From the human T2T-CHM13v2.0 reference genome, Homo sapiens: a stretch of 64,000 bases of DNA. Below are positions 54,779 through 64,000 of the stretch, piece after piece; position 1 is the stretch's first letter, and every line of letters begins with the position of its first letter. The position numbers and the translations under genes are program-made. The notes under the pieces are model-generated. The model did not search any database. It worked only from the letters and a program-made list of their open reading frames with translations, and was not told where the DNA came from. The stretch lies in assembly GCA_009914755.4 (NCBI GenBank), contig CP086569.2:480001-544000 (forward strand), read 5' to 3'.

Positions 54779-55010
54779 GAAGAGAGAGAGACAGAAAGAG
54801 AGACAAAACGAGAGAAAGAAAGAGAAAGAGAGTGGTGATCATGCCAGTTATAATAATAAGAAAGAGAGAGAGAGACAAAGAGGGAGAGAGAGAAAGAGCG
54901 AGAGAGGTAGAAAGAGAAAGGAAGAGAGAGAAGGAGAGAAAAGAGAGAGAAAGAGGGGGAGAAAGAGAGACAGAGAGAGTGAGAGAGAGAGAAAGAAAGA
55001 GAGAGATACG
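54060..55010. repeat. About 950-bp purine-only (GA)n/(GAAA)n/(GAGAGAAA)n tract on the + strand, with an internal approximately 430-bp duplication marked by two copies of g.ggtgatcatgcca.ttataataataagaaagagag (54406 and 54832).
   Basis: cagagagagagagacttagagagagagagagagaaagggagagagaaagagacagagagacagagag.... It gives the ER/KE-rich (+) and SL-rich (-) pseudo-ORFs at 53912..55059. Confidence 0.95.
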
Positions 55011-55012
55011 GC

Positions 55013-55365
55013 CTGGCGTGGTGGCTCACGCCTGTCATCCCAGCACTTTGGGAGGCTGAGGCGGGCAGATCACGAGGTCAGGAGATCGAGACCATCCTGA
55101 CTAACACGGTGAAACCCCGTCTCTACTAAAAATACAAAAAAATTAGCCGGGCGTGGTGGTGGGTGCCTGTAGTCCCAGGTACTCAGGAGGCTGAGGCAGG
55201 AGAATGGTGTGAACCCGGGAGGCGGAGGTTGCAGTGAGCCGAGATCGCGCCACTGCACTCTGGCCTGGGTGAAAGAGCAAGAGTCATCTGTCTCAAAAAA
55301 AAAAAAAAAAAAAAAAAGAGAGAGAGAGAGACAGAAACAGAGACAGAGAGAGAGAAAGAGAGAGA
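55013..55365 (+). mobile_element. Sense Alu (55013-55312) with an A23 tail followed by a (GA)n/(GAGACA)n microsatellite (55315-55365).
   Basis: ggcctggcgtggtggctcacgcctgtcatcccagcactttgggaggctgaggcgggcagatcacgaggtcaggagatcgagaccatcctgactaacacggtgaaaccccgtctctactaaaaatac.... Confidence 0.95.
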
Positions 55366-57354
55366 GATCTGGGGCAACTTCTGAGATGCAAGCAGGAATG
55401 GAGATGGAAACCTGTAGGATCCCGACCAAAGAAGTGGATTAAAATCACCCACGGCTTACGAGTAGCATTGGATAGAGTCACAGCTCGTAGAGTGAGAACA
55501 CGGAAAGAAAAAATTCCATTGAATGCATTGATGACCTGTCCATGACAAAATCCTTCCTGCATAGAACGTGCAAAGCCAAAGCATTCGACCAAACAGTCTT
55601 GGATTCTTGGTTCAACTGGAGCTGCTGATTGGAGCCTTCAAAAAAAAATTGCCTTTTAATTGTATGAAGGGTAAAGTGCATCCCACATGTGGCCCAAGAC
55701 AACGCACGTGATCTGTTTGGTTACAACGTAGGTCCGTGGACGTCTAGCCGTCTATCTGGCAGACTCAGGCAAGAGCCACCTCCAATGATGGGCTTTTCAT
55801 CATGGGTACACCTGTGCTGTGATTGTCTCAGAATCATGACTGTCTCAGAATCATTATGGCTGCTCTAGAAGAAACTCTGTCACCCAGGCTGGAGTGCAGT
55901 GGTGTCATCACGGCTCACTGCAACCTCAACCCCTCGGGGCTGCAGCAATCCTCCTACCTCAGCTTCCCAAGTAGCTGCGACTCCTGACGTGTGACATGTA
56001 CCCGGGTGATTTTTGTATTTTTTTTTTTTAGACATGGGGTCTTGCTATGTTGCCCAGGCTGGTCTCAAACTTCTGAGCTCATGGCATTTGCCCGCTTCAG
56101 CCTCCCAAAGTGCTGGGATTACAGGTGTGAGCCACTGCATCTCCCACCAGAATTATATTTTGGAAATATATTTGGAAAACCATTCAGGCTCCAGTGTGGA
56201 GACTGGATTGCAGGGGAGGGCTGGTTTAATAGGAGGAAGAGATATCCAGAGGCAAGAGTTGTTTCCTCCGGGGAGGAGGTGGTAACCGTCAGAACAGCGC
56301 TGGCCCGTGGAAGGCAGAGAAACAGATGCATTTCAATGCGGCTGTATCGAGAGGCTGGAATGGCTGATTGTACTGTCTTTTGGTTCACAGGTGTGGGCCA
56401 TTGTGATGAAATCACCAAGGCGTTCAGAGCCAACTTCATTGTTCAGAGGCAGGCATTGCATGAGGCTGCTAGCAGGGGTGGGAATAGAACACAGATCCTC
56501 CAACATGCTTCCTGCTACCAGGTGTCATGAAGCCAAATGTCCACTGAGATGGACTGCAACCATCCCACACACCCCTGTTTGAAATGCTTGTTCCCCTGTG
56601 CCATCAAGAAACAGCACTTGAACATAATTTTAATTTATTTAGTAAGGCCATTTTTATACTTTCTGCAGAAAGGGTACACTCACCAGCAGTTCTGCCATGA
56701 GAGTACAGCGAACAAAGGGGACAGGGTCGTTTATAACCTGACGCGTCCACCCTACTGCCGTGTCTGGTTTCCATTGGCTGGAACGGGACCTCACATTCTG
56801 TATTTGTCCCGACTGGCCAGCAACTTAGAACTTTTAAAAAGAGGCAAAGGTAGAGGAGAACAAAGGAAGGAGGAAGTAATTTGTGGAATGCTGAGAAAGG
56901 TAAAAGCACTTTTAAATAAAGAAGAGGAACAGGCTATGACGTAATGCTTGCTTGGACCAGTATAAGCATGCCAGGACAAATATTTAGGCTAAATTGTGGG
57001 AGCTAAGAACATAAAGTACATTGATTTCTTTATTACGGCCAGCAGATATTTAAGAACGTTAGCACAGTTCTTTGCATAAATTTTGCTTCTAAGAGAAGTT
57101 ACTATTTATTCCTAATTAGACGGGGAGGGAAGTCTTTGAAGAGGAACCTCTATTTTACTTTTTACACCCCAAATTCAAGCTCTCAGTGCTTTAACCCAAG
57201 ACAAAAAAAAAAGCACCAACCACCTTCATTTTTTTTTAGAATGACCCAGGATAGAGATGACTGTGGTCTCAACTGTTGCAAAGTAGACCTCATTCTGTAA
57301 GGAGCTCCTGTAACCCTGATACTAAGAGAATGCAGAGGGTTTCCTTTCCTTTTC

Positions 57355-57389
<35 letters not shown>

Positions 57390-57759
57390 GACATACGTTG
57401 TAAATTTTTTTCTCCCCCTCTGGCTCTGTTCCACTCTGGATTTGATTAATTACCAAGGTGTTTGGAAAGGTTCTCTGTGCTGTGGGGACTAGGCAATTGA
57501 TTTACAAAGTGTGTACACGGTCTTTCATTCAACAATTGTAAATTCCCATCAAAGGAAGTCATTTGCACGGGCGTTCCGGTTCACGGATTGTAGCCAAAGC
57601 CCTCATGTTGGGGACACAACCCATTTTTGTTAACATAAGTGTGTGGGTTTCAATATGATTGCAATTATTATATGCAATCATATAATAATTGTGTGGCCTC
57701 TAAGTTCACACTGCAGATAAACAATGACAAGCTGTGTTTTGCAGGTTTTTGGCTAAACC

Positions 57760-58483
57760 AACTGACAGGGTTTGGCTGTGTCCCCACCCAAATCTCATCT
57801 TGAATTGTAGCTGCCACAATTCCCACGTTTCATCGGAAGGACCCAGTGATAGGTAATTGAATCGTGGGGGGCGGGGCTTTCCCGTGCTGTTCTCGCGATA
57901 GAGAATAAGTCTCACGAGATCTCACGGTTTTATAAAGGGGGCGGCCCCTCCACAAGCTTCTTGCCGGCTGCCATGGAAGACGTGGCTTTGCTCCCTCTTT
58001 GCCTTCCACCGTGATTGTGAGGCCTCCCCAGCTATGCAGAACTGTGAGTTCATTAAAACTCTTTCCTTTATAAATTACCCAGTTTCAGATATGTCTTTTT
58101 CTTTTTCTTTCTTTCTTTCTTTCTTTCTCTTTCTTTCTTTTTCTTTTCTTTCTTTTCTTTCTTTCTTTCCTCCCTTCCTTCCTTTCCTCCTTTCTTTTCT
58201 TTTTCTTTCTTTCTTTCTTTCTTTCCTTCCTTCCTTCTTTCTTTCTTTCCTGCTTTCTTTTCTTTCTTTCTTTGTCTTTCTTTCTTTCCTTTCTTCTTTC
58301 TTTCTTTCCTCCTTTCCTTTCTTTCTTTCTTTCTTTCTTGGTCTTTCTTTCTCTTTCTCTTTCTTTCTTTCCTTCCTTCCTTCTTTCTTTCTTTTTCTTC
58401 CCTTCCTTCCTTTGTCTTTCTTTCCTCCTTTCTCTCTTTCTTTCTTTCCTCCTTTCTTTCTCTCTTTCTTTTCTCCTTTCTTT

Positions 58484-58526
<43 letters not shown>

Positions 58527-58975
58527 CTTTCTTCCTTTCTTTCTCTCTATCTCTCTTTCCTTCCTTCCTTCTTCTTCTTTCTTTCTCTCTGTCTCTTTCT
58601 TTCTCTTTCTTTCTTTTTTTCTTTCTATTTATTTATTTTGAGACAGAGCCTTGCTCTGATGCCCAGGCTGGAGTGCAATGGCATGATCTCAACTCACAGC
58701 AACCTCCGCCTCCAGGGTTCAAGCTATTCCCCTGCCTCAGCCTCCCGAGTAGCTGTATTTATAGGCATGCACCACCTCGCCTGGCTAATTTTGTATTTTT
58801 AGTAAAGGCAGGGTTTCACCATATTGGTCAGGCTGGTCTTGAACTCCTGGCCTCAGGTGATCCGCCTGCCTCGGCCTCCCAAAGTGCTGGGATGACAGGC
58901 ATAAGCCACCATGCCTGGCCCCAGAAATGCCTTTATTAGCAGCATGAGAACAGACTAATCTACCCACTCAAGCAG
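57760..58975 (+). mobile_element. MaLR THE1-like LTR (sense). It is split by an insertion: the LTR 5' part is at 57760-58090, the (TTTC)n microsatellite at about 58090-58625, an antisense Alu at 58630-58920, and the LTR 3' end at 58928-58975 (gaaatgcctttattagcagcatgagaacagactaatctaccc).
   Basis: gggtttggctgtgtccccacccaaatctcatcttgaattgtagctgccacaattcccacgtttcatcggaaggacccagtgataggtaattgaatcgtggggggcggggctttcccgtgctgttctcgcgatagagaataagtctcacgagatctcacggttttataaaggg...ctccccagctatgcagaactgtgagttcattaaaactctttcctttataaattacccagtttcagatatgtct matches the THE1 consensus, which I recall. Confidence 0.8.
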
Positions 58976-59810
58976 ACTTAAGATTCGTTAATGCTTTCTT
59001 TGCTGCAGCGGCATAGATGCTCTTGGAGGTGGTCAGCCTCGCCAAGCCATCTTTGAGATTTTGCTCACGTATTCCTCCAGTAACATGGCGAAGTTTCGCC
59101 TGACCGTTTTCCCCCGGACCCCGGACGTTCACATCTCGATGAGTTTGTGACGGCTTGGAGTGATGGGTTGAGTCACGAATGGATCTCCTCTCCCAACATA
59201 ACCAGGTGCTCTAATGAAATGAGTTTTATTCAAAGTCTCTGTCTCCTAATGCTGCGGGAAAAAAAGATAAATGGAACAATTCTTCTAGCAAATGCATTGC
59301 ACAAAACAGCAGCATATTGCTTATGAAGTTTAATTTCCTAATAGTTCATGAGGTGTAATTTACCTGCCTTCGCTTCTGGGGAAATGGATTCGGGCTCATG
59401 ACAAGATGGAATGGCTACCCGTGATATTGCTTTTCTTGTTGAACTGCGGTCTGAATCCAGTGAAATTTGCATGCTGCTGGAAGTCCGTGGAATTACAGCA
59501 TTTCCCTTTTAACTTTTTATTGTGATTCTTATTATTGCATAGCCCCCGAGTATTCCGTGAACATGCTTTTATTTAATCAGCATTTTATTTAATCAGCATC
59601 CTATTTATTTTTATATGATGCCAATATTGCCTGGACAAACGTAGATGTTTTGGTGCTTGAAGTATTTTGGTACGTGGATTATTTTTTTTTTTTTTCAAAA
59701 CTGAAATCACACAGAACTTCAAAGTTTGAGCTTTGCTTTGATAGGAGAATATGGCCAATTATGAGACGCGGATTAATGGCTGCCTGCTTTGTCTTGCATC
59801 TTCTATTTTA

Positions 59811-61615
<1,805 letters not shown>

Positions 61616-61859
61616 CAAAACGAAATAAAATAAAATAGCCCATGTGTGATCACCATGGCTGTCTGCCCAGCATCACTCCTCGGCTCCACCCATCAGAAAT
61701 GCCTCTCAGATGTACAGACATAGGCTAGAAAGCTGGTAACCCGATTTCCCCACAGGTTGCTCACTCTCACCTTGGGTTGACCTTGGCTTTCTCATCCCAG
61801 AGTCTTCCCTGGGGACCTGTCACCCCGGAGCTTGTCCCCTGAGCTCAGCTGGTCTTCAG

Positions 61860-62990
61860 CATCCAGTTAGTGTTTAGTAGGTACTTATGTACTTAGTAGG
61901 TACTTACGTGCTTAGTAGGAGCTTATGTGCTTACTAAGAGCTCACATGCTTGGCAGGACCTTATGTGCTTAATAGCTGCTCACGTGCTTAGTAGGAGCTC
62001 ATGTGCTTAGTAGGCCCTTATGTGCTTAGTAGGAGCTCACGTGCTTAGTAGGAGCTCACGTGCATAGGTGCTTACATGCTTAGTAGGAGCTCATACAGTT
62101 AGTAGGAACTCACACGCTTAGCAGGAGATCACGTGCTTAGTAGGAGCTTATGAGCTTAGTAGGTCCTTCTGTGCTTAGTAGGAGCTCATGTGGTCAGTGG
62201 GTGCTACGTGCTTAGTAGGAGCTGACGTGGTTAGTAGGAGCTTATATGCTTGGCAGGTCCTTATGTGCTTGCTTACTAGGAGCTTACGTGCTTAGCAGGA
62301 GTTCACGTGCTTAGTAGGTTTTTATGTGCTTCCTAGGAACTCACGTGGTTAGTAGGAGCTTATGAGCTTAGTAGGTCCTTACGTGCTTAGTTGGTGCTTA
62401 TGTGCTTAGTAGGAGCTCACGTGCTTAGTAGGACCTTACATGCTTAGCACGAGCTCACGTGCTTAGTAGGGGCTCACATGCTTAGTAAGAACTCATGTGC
62501 TTAGTTAACAGCTCACATGCTTAGTAGGTGCTTACATGCTTAATAGGAGCTCGTGAGCTTAGTAGGGGCTCACGTGCTTAGTAGGTTTTAATGTGCTTAC
62601 TAGGAGCTCACGTGCTTAGTAGGTGCTCATATGCTTAGTAGGAGCTTACGTGCTTAGCAGGAGCTCACGTGCTTAGTAGGTTTTTATGTGCTTAGTAGGA
62701 GCTCACGTGCTTAGTAGGAGCTTCTGAGCTTAGTAGGTCCTTCCGTGCTTAGTAGGCATTCATGTGCTTAGTGGGTGCTATGTGCTTAGTAGGAGCTCAT
62801 GTGATTAGGAGCTTATGTGTGTAGCAGGTCCTTATGGCTTAGTAGGTGCTTCCATGCTTAGTTAGGCCCTCATGTGCTTAGTGGGTGCTATGTGCTTAGT
62901 AGGAGCTCAAGTGGTTAGTAGGAGCTTCTGTGCTTAGCAGGTCCTTATGTGCTTAGTAGGAGCTTACATACTTAGTAGGAGCTTGCACAT
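61860..62990. repeat. About 1.1-kb minisatellite with a roughly 20-bp unit (GTGCTTAGTAGGAGCTCAC[G/A]T), about 55 copies, with frequent single-base variants (aggagct/aggtgct/aggtcct/aggtttt).
   Basis: ...gtgcttagtaggagctcacgtgcttagtaggagctcacgtgcataggtgcttacatgcttagtaggagctcatacagttagtaggaactcacacgcttagcaggagatcacgtgcttagtaggagcttatgagcttagtaggtccttctgtgcttagtagg.... Confidence 0.95.
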
Positions 62991-63054
62991 GGATGGTCTG
63001 GGAGCCCTCAGAGGCTGCCCTCATGGGTATTTGTAATTAAAAGGTAAATTAGTC

Positions 63055-63870
<816 letters not shown>

Positions 63871-64000
63871 AAGAAAAAGAAAATCATGTGAGTTGGGGGA
63901 TAGGCGGGGGCCAGGGCTGGGTGGGTGAGTGCTGTGACATTCTTTCCTCTATTCAAGTTCCTAACCAACCACCCCTCTGGAACTCACCCCAGAATCGCAG

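Noticed and set aside
53912-55059. 273-aa (-), 245-aa (+) and 228-aa (-) ORFs.
   Set aside because: Translations of the 950-bp (GA/GAAA)n purine tract (ER/KE-rich on one strand, SL-rich on the other).
58034-58939. 301-aa ORF (+), FLSF-rich.
   Set aside because: Translation of the (TTTC)n microsatellite running into an antisense Alu.

Overview
This window is human genomic DNA. It contains the complete SHOX (short stature homeobox) gene on the + strand, which places it in the pseudoautosomal region PAR1 (Xp22.33/Yp11.3). I can reconstruct SHOXa (292 aa) exactly from five coding exons (exon 2 ATG at 4200, exons 3, 4, 5, and 6a ending TGA at 17713). Every intron has a GT donor and AG acceptor. 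The alternative terminal exon 6b of SHOXb (225 aa, tail [14 protein letters not shown], 31859..31903) is also present; it lies inside an antisense Alu. A CpG island (~3250-4780) covers the putative non-coding exon 1 and the start of exon 2. A TATA box (4063-4070) about 135 bp upstream of the ATG fits the intragenic P2 promoter. The rest of the window is very repeat-dense: more than 50 Alu copies, L1 3' fragments, a MaLR/THE1-like LTR, and an unusual number of minisatellites and kb-scale low-complexity tracts. The latter include a 27-bp VNTR in intron 5, an Alu with a 14-copy 82-bp internal expansion, a 97-bp minisatellite, a 20-bp minisatellite, and long polypurine/polypyrimidine, TA-rich and GT-rich tracts. 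The long ORFs in the six-frame track over these repeats are translation artefacts. There is no prokaryotic-type system (CRISPR, operons) here. The items most worth a second look are the Alu-exonized exon 6b, a repeat-free CpG-retaining block in intron 3 that looks like a conserved cis-regulatory element, the VNTR next to the exon 6a acceptor, and the kb-scale triplex-prone tract just upstream of the promoter. All coordinates for repeats are approximate (about ±10 bp); exon coordinates were counted base by base.
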